From positions 48,858,001-48,922,000 of the forward strand of contig NC_045697.1 of assembly GCF_009834535.1 (NCBI RefSeq): DNA of 64,000 nucleotides, in the 5' to 3' direction. The notes below the pieces were generated by a model. It was not told the origin of the DNA. It was given only the letters and a program-made list of their open reading frames with translations, and ran no database searches. Shown in pieces: positions 36,703 to 48,850 of this stretch (position 1 is the stretch's first letter; each line of letters starts with the position of its first letter). The stretch comes from Camelus ferus (lineage: Eukaryota). The translations under genes were made by a program, and so were the position numbers.

Positions 36703-38416
36703 ACAGAGAGATGGAGAAGATGGCGGAGTCGAAGGACGCTCGCAGGTCACCCTCTCCCACAAATACACCAAGACCCACATCTACAGACCCACTCAGCCAA
36801 CCAGAGCACCTGTGGAACTCCGACAGAACATCACCCTCTTCAAAAGATAAAGATGCCAAAAATCTGGTAGGAGAAAAGGAAAAAAGAAAGAACAAAAGGC
36901 AAAGCAGCACGGGATGGGTCCCGCGGGGAGGGAGCGGCAAAGGAGGACTGGCGCTCGCTCACTGGGTCTCCCCTCTCCAACTGAGAGGCCAGCGGGACGG
37001 AGGGGGAGCCTCCGAGGCTCGGATCTACAGAGCAGCCCTTGACTAACAGAACTAAGTTAAACGGGCACAGAGCGTCCCCCAGACACCCAGCCTGAGACGC
37101 GGGCCGGCAGGCGCGGGCAGGGCCAGGCTGCACAAGCCGGGCGGAGGACGGAAGTGGCTGCACGGAGGCAGCCCCGGGGGAACGCAAGGGGCTGCACGCC
37201 GTGGCTGTGGGTGCACAGGGCAGAACAACCTGGGCCCTCCATAAAACAGCAAGGTTGATGTGCTCTCGGGGGAAGGGTGCACACCCCCATCTCTGAAAAC
37301 CCGCGGAAAGTTTTCGGGGGAAGAGAGGCGGGGCTCATGCACAGCCGCCATATCCTCCGCGCTGAGCACCCAGGCAGGGGCGGGGGTGAAAGCTGCGTCC
37401 GCACCGAAGGGCTTAGCAGCCTCAAAGGCCAGACTGAGACTGGCCTGCAGCCCGGGGCAGGTAGGATCCTTCCATCCTGGTCCCTCAGAGAACTTGCTCC
37501 ACAAAGACAAACAAGGAGCTGGGTTTTGGCTCGGAGCAGGGACAAGGCTGTCCCTCGGTCTTCCCCCAGCCCACCCGCGGAGCGCCGACCAGGAAGGGGC
37601 GCCGACCCTGGCGGGGCGCGCAGCCGCACAGAGCAGCGGAGCTACCGGCAGCGCAGGTAGAGCGAGAGCGCCTCCCCCCCCCCCCCCCCCCCGGCCTTTC
37701 GGGCAGGAACACAGCCCCTGACCAAAGTGCTGGGAGGGGGCACGACCCGCCCTCCTACCCGGCCAGTTTGCAACATCTGACTGCGGCATCCGGAGGGGCA
37801 GCGACCTGCCCACCCACAGCAGAGGAGAGCTGAACCTGACCCAGTGTTAGGAGGAGGCGCGATCGGCTTGCCGACAGGTGCTGGGAGCAGCACAGAAGAG
37901 GGCGCCAACGGAGAGCCTCTGAAAACAGCAAGCTGAGCTTCCAAAACAGGACGAAGACAGAAAGACTTCACATTAAAAGCACACAGACTCCAGGAGAACA
38001 CCGACAAACCCACCCCCCCCTTTTTTTTTTTTAAATCTGTTTTTACCTGTTCTATTTTCTATTACTCTCTTAATTTTTACTTCTTAATTCATTTCTATTT
38101 CTCTGGGGTTTTGATGTCCTGTTATTGATTAGACACAGGTTTCAAATACATCTATTAATCTCCCCCCCTTTTTTTTTGTAAAGGTTTTAAAAGGACGTCT
38201 CAACCCGATTAATACTCTGCTTCAACTCGCTCTTCTAATATTCATTATACACTGTTTTCAAACCCTCTTTCTCCCTTCTTTTAAAATTCTTTCTCTCTCT
38301 CTTATTTTTTTTTCTTTTTTTCCTAAGTTTTATTCCTAAATAGGTATTAGATAGATAAAATCCTTAAGGACCAAAATAAACAACTGATACTTCATAAACC
38401 ACAGTGCCAGAGAGGT
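36703..38416 (+). promoter_or_regulatory. L1 unit 2 5'UTR / internal Pol II promoter, CpG-rich
   Basis: Starts acagagagatggagAAGATGGCGG (YY1-type motif). CpG-dense about 36900-37960, C19 tract 37674-37692, pyrimidine-rich block about 38010-38340 before the ORF1 ATG. Confidence 0.85.
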
Positions 38417-39324
38417 ATGAGCAAGATGAAGAAGCAGAAAAACCTTTCCCAATTAAAAGAACAAGAGAAATCCCCTGAAAGAAAGATCAACAAAATAGAC
38501 ATCGATAGCCTACTAGATCAAGATTTCAAAAAAGGAGTGATCGAATTGCTGAAGGAATTAAAAGAGATAGTGTTTAGAGATATAAAATATGTCAAAAAAG
38601 AAATTGAAGCTATAAAGAAGAGCCAAGTAGAATGGGTAAACTCATTGACAGAGATGAGGAATGATCTAATAGCTGTGCAAAGCCGACTAGATAATGCAGA
38701 GGAAGAATTAGTGATCTAGAAGACAGGGCAATAGAAAGCACCCATTCAGAAGAACTACAAGATAAGCAAATAAAAAATAATGAAAATAGCATAAGGGACC
38801 TATGGGATAACATAAAGCGTCCCAATCTTCGCATAATAGGGGTCCCAGAAGGAGAAGAAAGATCAAAGGGGATTGAAAAGGTTTTTGAAGAAATCATGAC
38901 TGAAAACTTCCCAAACTTAAAGAAGGAATCAGATATCCAAGTACAGGAAGCTCAGAGGGTCCCAAACAGGAAGAACCCAAATAGACCCACACCAAGACAT
39001 ATCATAATCAAGATGGCCAGAGTCAAGGATAAAGAAAGGATTCTAAAGGCAGCAAAAGAAAAGCAAAGAGTAAGTTACAAGGGAACCCCCATAAGGCTCT
39101 CAGCTGATTTCTCTACACAAACACTACAGGCCAGAAGGGAGTGGCAAGATATATTCAAAGCCCTGAATGAAAAAAAAGATGCAGCCTAGGATCCTTTATC
39201 CAGCAAGGCTATCCTTTAGGATAGAAGGAGAAATAAAGAGTTTCACAGACAAAAAAAAAAAAAGCTGCAGGAGTTTAGCAACACTAAACCCATGCTAAAA
39301 GAAATATTGAAAGGGCTATTCTAA
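38417..39324 (+). pseudogene. L1 ORF1p, frameshifted
   Basis: MSKMKKQKNLSQLKEQ... and NFPNL...IQVQEAQRVP...RPTPRHIIIKM...GTPIRLSADFS...LQARREW are ORF1p motifs. -1 frameshift near 38707; A-run length changes at 39170-39177 and 39251-39263; stop TAA 39322-39324. Confidence 0.92.
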
Positions 39325-39729
39325 ATAGAAAAGCAGCAGGATGCTACAGAAATGAGAAACTCACAACTGGAAAGGTGATAACTCATGAATTACAAATAAA
39401 GTAAACATGAAATTATAAAAGAAGACATACAAATCACTGAGAGTGGGAGAGGGAGGCAGGGAAATATAGAATATTTTTTTCTTTCTTTTTTAAATTTTTT
39501 TTAACAGTAGGATGGGTTTGAGATCATGTTACTATCAGTTTAATAAAAACAGTTATAGTAATGGGTTAATAGATTTACAAAAAAGGGTAACCACAAGCCA
39601 AAAATTTACAAAGGAGTCACAAAAATTAAATAAAATCCATGAAAATACAAAGGAAAATTACCAAACCACAAAAGGAAGAAGAAAGGAACAAAGAGGATAT
39701 GCCAATTCAACTGCAAAGATAAGTTCAAA

Positions 39730-42700
39730 ATGGCAATAAACACACATCTATCATTAATTACTGTAAATGTTAATGGACTAAATGCTCCAGTCAAAAGACA
39801 TAGAGTGGCAGACTGGATAATAAAGCAAGAACCTTCAATATGCTGCATACAAGAGACCCACTTTAGGGAGAAGGACACATATAGATTGAGAGTGAAAGGA
39901 TGGAAAAGGATATTCCATGCAAATGGAAAAGCCAAAAAAGCAGGTGTTGCAGTACTGATTTCAGACAAAATAGACTTTAAAACAAAGGCCATAAAGAAAG
40001 ATAAAGAAGGACATTTTATAATGATTAAAGGAGTGATACAAGATGAGGATATTACACTCGTTAATATATATGCACCCAATATAGGAGCACCTAAGTACAT
40101 ACAAGAATTACTAACAGAGATAAAGGGGGATATTGATGGGAATACAATCATAGTTGGAGATTTTAACACTGCATTAACATGACTAGACAGATCTTCCAGA
40201 CAGAAAATAAACAAGGCAACAGAGAAATTAAATACTACAATAGAAAAACTAGATTTGGTGGATATTTTCAGAGCATTACACCCCCCAAAAATAGGATATA
40301 CATTCTTTTCAAGTGCACATGGAACATTTTCCAGGATCATTCATGTACTTGGGCACAAAAGAAACCTCAACAATTTTAAGAAGATAGAAATTATCTCAAG
40401 CATCTTTACTGACCACAATGCCATGAAACTGGAAATCAACAACAGAGAAACAAAGGAGAAAAAAAGGAAAGCATGGAGATTAAACAATATGTTATTGAAA
40501 AAACAATGGATCAATGAGGAAATCAAAGCTGAAATTAAAAAATACCTTGAGACAAATGATAATGAAAGCACAACCACTCAAAACCTATGGGACACAGCAA
40601 AGGCAGTGCTAAGAGGGAAGTTTATAGTGATACAGGCCTTCCTCAAAAAAGAAGAACAATCTCAAAGAAACAATTTAACCCACCACCTGAATGAATTAGA
40701 AAAAGAAGAACAAAAAGCCCCAAAAAGCAGCAGAAGGAAGGAAATAATAAAGATCAGAGAGGAATTAAATACAATAGAGATTAACAAGACCATAGAAAAA
40801 ATCAACCAAACCAAAAGCTGGTTTTTTGAAAAAGTAAATAAAATCGACAAACCTCTGGCCAAACTCACAAAGAAGAAAAAAGAGAGAGCACAAATTAGCA
40901 AAATAAGAAAGGAAAATGGAGAAATTACAACAAACAAAATAGAAATACAGAATATCATACGAGAATATTATGAAAAACTATATGGAACCAAACTGGATAA
41001 CCTAGAGGAGATGGACAAGTTTCTGGAAACATACTGTCCACCAAAACTGAATCAAGAAGAATCTGAACACTTGAACAATCCGATCACTAGAAAGGAAATA
41101 GAAATAGCAATTAAAAACCTCCCTACAAATAGAAGTCCAGGACCGGACGGCTTCACCGGGGAATTCTACCAAACATACAAAGAAGAACTCATACCAGTCC
41201 TTCTCAAACTCTTCCAGACAATTGAAAAGGAGGGAATACTCCCAAACTCATTCTATGAAGCCACCATCACCCTGATACCAAAACCAGGCAAAGACACTAC
41301 AAAAAAAGAGAATTATAGGCCAATATCACTGATGAACATAGACGCCAAAATCCTCACCAAAATTTTAGCAAATAGAATCCAACAACACATAAAAAAGATT
41401 ATACATCATGACCAAGTGGGGTTCATCCCAGGGACACAAGGCTGGTTCAACATACGCAAATCAATCAGTGTAATACATCACATCAACAAGAGAAAGGACA
41501 AAAACCACATGATCATCTCAATCGATGCAGAAAAAGCATTTGATAAAATTCAACACCCAATTATGATAAAAACTCTCGCCAAAGTGGGTATAGAGGGAAC
41601 ATATCTCAACATAATAAAAGCTATATATGACAAACCTACAGCCAGCATAGTACTCAACGGTGAAAAACTCAAAAGCTTCCCACTAAGATCTGGGACAAGA
41701 CAAGGATGCCCACTATCACCACTCCTATTCAACATAGTCCTGGAAGTCCTAGCCACAGCAGTCAGGCAAGAGAAAGAAATAAAAGGGATCCAAATTGGAA
41801 AAGAAGAGGTAAAAGTGTCATTATATGCTGATGACATGTTACTATATATAGAAGACCCTAAAAGGTCCACACAAAAGCTACTAGAGCTGATTGAAGAATT
41901 CAGCAAGGTAGCAGGTTACAAAATTAACGTTCAAAAATCAGTTGCATTTCTTTACACTAACGATAAATCAACAGAAGAAGAAAGTAAAGAAACAATCCCC
42001 TTTAAAATAGCACCCAAAGTAATAAAATATCTGGGAATAAATCTAACCAAGGAGGTGAAAGAATTATACACAGAAAACTATAAATGATTGATGAAGGAAA
42101 TTAAAGAAGACTTTAAAAAATGGAAAGATATTCCATGCTCTTGGATTGGAAGAATCAATATTATTAAAATGGTCACACTGCCCAAGGCAATCTACAGATT
42201 TAATGCAATCCCTATCCAATTACCCAGGACATATTTCACAGAACTAGAACAAATCATAATAAAATTTATATGGAACCATCAAAGACCTAGAATTGCCAAA
42301 GCATTACTGAAGAGAAAGAAAGAGGCTGGAGGAATAACTCTCCCAGACTTCAGACAATACTATAGAGCTACAGTCATCAAGACAGCATGGTATTGGTACC
42401 AAAACAGACATATAGACCAATGGAACAGAATAGAGAGCCCAGAAATGAACCCACAAACTTTTGGTCAACTCATCTTCGACAAAGGAGGCAAGAATATACA
42501 ATGGAACAAAGACAGTCTCTTCAGCAAATGGTGTTGGGAAAACTGGACAGTAGCATGTAAAACAATGAAGCTAGAACACTCCCTTACACCATATACAAAA
42601 ATCAACTCAAAATGGATTAAAGACTTAAACATAAGACAAGATACAATAAACCTCCTAGAGGAAAACATAGGCAAAACATTATCTGACATACATCTCAAAA

Positions 42701-43528
42701 ATTTTCTCCTAGAAGAAATAAAAGCAAGAATAAACAAATGGGACCTAATGAAACTTACAAGCTTCTGCACAGCAAAGGAAACCAGAAGTAAAACAAGAAG
42801 AAAACCTACGGAATGGGAGAAAATTTTTGCAAGTGAAACCGACAAAGGCTTGATCTCCAGAATATATAAGCAGCTCATACGACTCAATAAGAAAAAAACA
42901 AGCAACCGATTCCAAAAATGGGCAGAAGACCTAAACAAGCAATTCTCCAAGGAAGACATACAAATGATCAAAAAGCACATGAAAAAATGCTCAATATCAC
43001 TAATTATCAGAGAAATGCAAATCAAAACTACAATGAGGTATCACCTCACACCAGTCAGAATGGCCATCATTCAAAAATCCACAAATGACAAATGCTGGAG
43101 AGGCTGTGGAGAAAGGGGAACCCTCCTACACTGCTGTTGGGAATGCAGTTTGGTGCAGCCACTATGGAAAACAGTGTGGAGATTCCTCAAAACCACTAGG
43201 AATAGACTTACCATATGACCCAGGAATCCCACTCCTGGGCTTGTATCCAGAAGGAAATCTACTTCAGGATGACACCTGCACCCCAATGTTCATAGCAGCA
43301 CTATTTACAATAGCCAAAACATGGAAAAAGCCTTAATGTCCATCAACAGGTGACTGGATAAAGAAGATGTGGTATATTTATACAATGGAATACTACTCAG
43401 CCATAAAAACCGACAACATAATGCCATTTGCAGCAACATGGATGCTCCTGGAGAATGTCATTCTAAGTGAAGTAAGCCAGAAAGAGAAAGAAAAATACCA
43501 TATGAGATCGCTCATATGTGGAATCTAA
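39730..43528 (+). pseudogene. L1 ORF2p (APE endonuclease, reverse transcriptase, C-terminal domain), disrupted
   Basis: EN motifs NVNGLN, CIQETH, GDFNT; RT motifs [15 protein letters not shown] and YADD (41824-41835). In-frame stops at 40180-82, 42085-87 and 43334-36; +1 frameshift near 43190. Confidence 0.96.
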
Positions 43529-43879
43529 AAAACAAAAACAAAAACAAAAACAAACAAAAACAAAGCGTAAATAAAGGACAGAAATAGACTCACAGACAGA
43601 GAATACAGACTTGTGGTTACCAGGGGGTGGAGGGTGGGAAGGGATAGCCTGGGATTTCAAAATTGTAGAATAGATAAACAAGATTACACTGTATAGCACA
43701 GGGAAATATACACAAAATGTTATGATAACTCACAGAGAAAAAAATGTGACAATGAGTGTGTATATGTCCATGAATGACTGAAAAATTGTGCTGAACACTG
43801 GAATTTGACACATTGTAAAATGATTATAAATCAATAAAAAATGTTTAAAAAAAAATCTTCCCCTCTTGATTCTCCCCTC

Positions 43880-44112
43880 CTATAAGTTAGTCGTGTCTCC
43901 CTCCAGCCTCATGTACTGCTGTGAACTTCGTAAATATCATTAATAAATGTGTTTCACTGCCTCGCAGATTCTTTGCTTACATGTCTGTCTCCTCAATCAG
44001 ACTGTAAAGCTCCTCCAGGGCAGGGATGATGCCTTATTCATTTTTGTGTCCTCAGCACCCAGCACAGTTTGTGGCATAAAATAAATGTTCAATATATATT
44101 GCTGGATGGATT
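43880..44112 (+). mobile_element. L2 3' end
   Basis: agactgtaaagctcctccagggcagggat...cagcacccagcacag...tgttcaatatatattgctggatggat. Confidence 0.75.
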
Positions 44113-44144
44113 TCTTGCCAGTTGTGGTAAGGTAGAATGGTTCA

Positions 44145-44530
44145 GGTATCAGTCCGAGTCAATCCAGGGAAACAGAAATCACTATAAGTGTTTAAAACTG
44201 AGGGAATGGAACAGAGAGATCTGGTCATGTAGACAAAGGATGAGCTCCCCAGGCATGGCAGGAAGCCACTGCCCCTGCCCACACCCCCAGGGAGTGGGAG
44301 GTCTGCCCAGTGCAGCCAAGGCAGGCAGGGTCCAGTGGAAAAAATAAAGCATTGTCATGGACTCTGAGATGAAGGGACAGGAGAAAAACCCTGGCTCTGC
44401 CTTCTTCCCACCCTCCAATCATCCATCTCCCATTGGCTAAACCCTGCCAGCAGCCAGTTGACTGGGGAGACTGAGAAATGAAGCTTTCAGGAGTCAGCCT
44501 CTTTGGGGAGTGGCCAGGACTGACTTTAGG
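44145..44530 (-). mobile_element. Probable MaLR (MLT1-type) LTR remnant
   Basis: tatcagtcc...cagggaaacagaaatcacta...ctcccattggctaaaccc...ggagactgagaaatg. Confidence 0.45.
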
Positions 44531-44611
44531 GACACGAAGACCCAAGACAATGGGCAGAGAACCCATCAGAGATTGAGCTTCTCCTGTGACCATCATGAAA
44601 AACTGCAGGCT

Positions 44612-45186
44612 GTACCTAAGTACATAAAACAAATACTAACAGACATAAAAGGAGAAATTGATGGGAATACGATTATAGTAGGAGACTCTAATACCCCACT
44701 AACATCAATGGACAGATCTTTCAGACAGCAAATCAATAAGGCAACAGAGATCCTAAATGACACAATAGAACAGTTAGACTTAATTGGTATTTTCAGGACA
44801 TTACACACCACAAAAGCCCAGAATATACATTCTTTTCCAGTGCACATGGAACAGTCTCTAGGATAGATTACATACTCAACACAAAACAAGCCTCAACAAA
44901 TTTAAGAGGATAGAAATTATTTCAAGCATCTTTTCTGACCACAATGGCATGAAACTAGAAATCAACCACAGAAATGAAATGAGAAAAAAAAAAAAAAAAG
45001 ACTGCATGGAGACTAAACAACATACTACTGAAAAACCAATGGGTCAACGATGAAATCAAAGAGGAACTTCAAAAAATATCTTGAGACAAATGACAGTGAA
45101 AACACAACCATACAAAATCTATGGGATGCAAAAAAAAAGCAATCCTGAGAGGGAATTTCACAGCAACACAGGCCTTCCTCCCCAGG
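44612..45186 (+). mobile_element. Internal L1 ORF2 fragment (endonuclease C-terminal part), no poly(A)
   Basis: PKYIKQILTDIKGEIDGNTIIVGDSNTPLTSMDRS is homologous to about 40088-40644. Flanked by aaactgcaggct at 44600-44611 and 45187-45198. Confidence 0.92.
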
Positions 45187-45379
45187 AAACTGCAGGCTAA
45201 CAATGCTGACCATCCCTGCAGTGCCAGGTAACAGTGACAAGTGCCCTTTGGTGTCCCATCATTGCCTAGGCTCTGTGAGGACACAACTCTTCCACCAACT
45301 TTCTATGTCTCCGGGTAAGTCTAAATTCAAATGGATTGGGCTACATCTTTCTTTATGTTTCATTTGGCAATGACAATAA

Positions 45380-45560
45380 TAAACATTCATTGAGCATCTG
45401 CTTTGCATCAGACGTTGTGCTAAGTCCTAGGGAGATAGAGCTCCAAAAGTGAGACACCCCATACGGCAACGAATTCTCAGTCAAGGGGAAACAGACAACT
45501 AAACAAACAATTTACCTGCCGTGCGGTAAGTGCTGTGACCAAAGTAAGCACATAGATTTG
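45380..45560 (-). mobile_element. L2 3' end
   Basis: aaacattcattgagcatctgctttgcatcagacgttgtgctaagtcctagggagatagag. Confidence 0.65.
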
Positions 45561-48500
45561 AAATTGAGAGCTCCAGTGAGTATCACATCTTACCCCTAGT
45601 AGCTTGGAAATGCAAGAAATAGATTATTTTATAAGAATTTAATTTGTAGAAATCAGTGCACAGTGGATCAGAGTAGAGACAAGTAAGACAAATGGAGGAG
45701 ATGGAATAACTCAGCCACCCAGCTCTGAAAGCTGGGGTTCTATGCTCTGCGCACACTCCAGAAGGCCACCTTATGGTGCACCTACAACTGCATACCATGC
45801 ACGGGTTCACGTCATTCCGTGCATAATCCCCTTTATTGGATCCCTAGGTCTCTGAATTTCCCTCCATGGACACTTAAACCTTATAAATAATAATTTTACA
45901 GGTGGAGAATGATGTAAGATGTCCTTTATCCTGCCCAGGGTCATAGAGCTGAAGAGTTACAGAGCAGGCACTGGAAATGCAGTCTCCAGACTCCCGTCTC
46001 TGCCCTAAGACAGTAACTACCCCAGACACAGCAGTGTGTTCTGCAGTTGCAAAAATAAAACTTGGCTAAAGTAAGACTCCCTTCACTTCTGCTTAATTGA
46101 TAGCTTCCCAGATTGTGTGCAAACTTCTTAACAATTAAGTACATATATTTGGTTATTATTTCTTACATCCAAACAGCCGATTGGGTTAAGAAGAGAGGAT
46201 GAGGGTTTCATATGCGTATCACTTTACAGGGTGTGTTACTTTTAAACATCCTGCCCCAGTTCTCAGCTCATTCTTGGCTTTTCCACAGCAGTATTCTCTA
46301 AGCTGATGCCCAGAGACTCTTCACCTCTGTCTTCTGTCCACAGCCATCTATCTGCTGAGATACTGGAGCAGAAGGCCCCTTGGCGACAAATGGGAACAGC
46401 CTGGAAACAGGCTCTAGAGTGATGGGAACAATGGTTTCTGACTCCAGTGACACCCGCCATTGGGTTTCTCTGGGAAATCACTAAACCTCCCTTGGGTTTT
46501 TTGAGTGTTCTTTTCAAGTTAACGAGGCTTCTACCTTTTATAGACAGTCTTGCCACTTTACTGACCCTAATAATACCCCAACAGTAAGCACAGAATAGTG
46601 AAGTAAATTATAAGTTGTCCATAAGAAAAACCAAACAAAACGATAGCTCATCAAAATCTGCTATGTGAGGAAAGATAAAGCCTAACCCTAGTTCGTCCTA
46701 TATATTGAAAATCAACCACAGAAGGCTCTCCTATGTGAGGGAATTATTTTATTCCCAGTGGAACAGGAGGCTGAAGTGTGCATATTTTCCAGTTACTTAT
46801 TGTAAAAGAAGGAAGCATTCCAGAGCAAGTTGGCAGAAGAGAGCAGGGGTTGGTTCCAATGGCCATCAACACTGACCTTCCTGGAAAGGAATGACTACTT
46901 TGATGGCCTTGCTCCTGGCTTTCAGGATTCTTTTTTGTGCAATGGAGTGGGAGGGAATTGCCTTTTAGACATTTTTCAAATGCTGGCTAAATTGGACGGC
47001 TGGCGGACTGCACGCTGCTGTTTGGTAATCGCTTACTAAGTGCTCTACTGAACGCTTCGAGGGGGTCTGCATTTCATCCTGAAACCAGCTCCGTGAGGAT
47101 GATACAGTTATGACTGATAGATGTGGAAGCTCAGATTATGGTAATGTTTCTAATCTTTTCCCCATCCCAGCACCTCCTCAAGGGCTGGGAGGACCAGTCT
47201 TTCAGCACACGTGGACACCATTCATGGCACACTGGAGCTCGAGCTCGAGTTTGGACAGGGGTAAGTATCTTGCCTGGGGTAAGAAAGTGGCTGAGCTGAG
47301 TTTTAAATCCAAGGCTGTGACTACAAAAACCGTGCTCTTAGCCACTATATTACATGTCAGTGTACCATCAAATTATATATGTGGTGTTGTAAAGTTTTCA
47401 CAAATATCTCCAAAGGATGAATTATATTTTTGTTTTTATTTTAAGAGGGAAAGTAGCTGAGTCCCTCTGTGATGCTGGTGTTGGACATTGGCCAAACCCT
47501 CGCTTTACTGGGTTATCCACTTAGTTGTATTTTCAGTACCCAGTGCTTTCACGGTTATCATTTGACTACCGTTTTAATGGAAATTCTGTCATCTGATTGT
47601 GCAAAAAGATCTTACTATACGGTCACTCTGAGTGGGAGGGTTCTGGAGGTGGAAACTGCAAAGCCAAGCAAACAGCACACCTCCTACTACACTAGAAACA
47701 TGGGGATCAGTCTTTGAGGCTAATCTAATGTACCCCAGGGCAATCTGGGAAAGCAAGTACAATCCTTGGCAATTTTTCCTCTCTATACATCTGAGCACAC
47801 TGAGAAGCTGGTAGGAGCTAGCTATTCTTTCAAAGACTAGCTAGTCAGTATGGAGCCTCCGATGTGTGACCATCCCCGTCCACAAGATACAGAAGCAAAA
47901 GGTGAGCAGGGCTTCTCATCTGAGTGTTACTTGTTAATCTGGTCCTTGCTGCTCCGTGTTCAGTTTAGTAGAAGCTTTTACAGGTGTGAGAGTTAAAGAT
48001 CTTATGTGCTTCATCTCTCTCCCTGGAAACAAAATCTTTCCCTGAATTTTCTTCCTCCAAGTTATATTTTTCATCCTGTGAGTGTTTACTGCTTACTCAC
48101 CTAGAAGGTTAGATTCAAAGTCAACTGAGAAAAGAGGAAAAACAACTGAATATATTAAAGATAACAGACCTATACACAAGTTTTAATCCTAAGGAACCCC
48201 CCACCATTTCAGTGGTATTTACTCTCAGTTGAGCACCGAAGGAACCAAGAGGTGTGTATCTATTTACAAGACTGTGGAGGATGGAGAGTCAGGCTGTGGC
48301 TGTGAGCTGCCCATCACAGCATCTGGTCTAGGTCTTGTTCTGGGAGCCTAGAACTTGTAGGTGCCTCTTCATGAAGCAGATTCCCCAATAGAAAAAGGGA
48401 AATGAACACAAAGTTGTGGCACAACACACTAAAAGAATTCAGTCAGATTTCATTCAGTGTTTACCCAATACCTAGTCAATCTGCACCTTGGAAAACCAGC

Positions 48501-48758
48501 CTATTAATGATGTAGCAGAAACAGTTCCCTTTTACTCCTAGCCTTCCCATTTCCCTTGCAAGCAGTGGCTTTTTCAGACAAGACCATTTTGTTTTTCAGT
48601 GTTAAAAATGAGAATCTCTGAAGAAAAAAGTGAGTATCAGGTCTCTATAGCACAGTATTCACCTTAAGAGAACAGGACCAAAAGCCCCAGAAAAGGTGAA
48701 ATTGTGCCAAATGTGTTTCCAACAACAAAATCAGTAAGAAATAAACCTGAGGGAGTGT

Positions 48759-48850
48759 GGGGACGGGTGATTAGCTCAGTGGTAGGGCGTGTGCTTGGCA
48801 TGCATGAGGTCCTATTAAGGGGGGAAAAATGAAATAAAAAATTTTAAAAC
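48759..48850 (+). mobile_element. Vic-1-like SINE lacking the B-box segment
   Basis: gattagctcagtggtagggcgtgtgcttggcatgcatgaggtcct joined directly to attaagggggg and an A tail. Confidence 0.75.

Larger units (their letters stand above)
35444..43851 (+). mobile_element. LINE-1 insertion, full-length, with an extra upstream 5'UTR/ORF1 module (chimeric)
   Basis: Perfect 15-bp TSD aaaatcttcccctct at 35429-35443 and 43852-43866 at a TT/AAAA endonuclease site. Contains 5'UTRs, ORF1, ORF2, a 3'UTR with AATAAA and a short A tail. Confidence 0.95.

Noticed and set aside
35444..36906. The two 200-bp direct repeats as LTRs or a simple tandem duplication
   Set aside because: No TG..CA termini, each precedes L1 5'UTR/ORF1 sequence, and the downstream bodies are too divergent for a local duplication.
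39606..43025. Long minus-strand ORFs (244 aa, 186 aa) opposite ORF2
   Set aside because: Shadow frames typical of the A-rich L1 coding strand.
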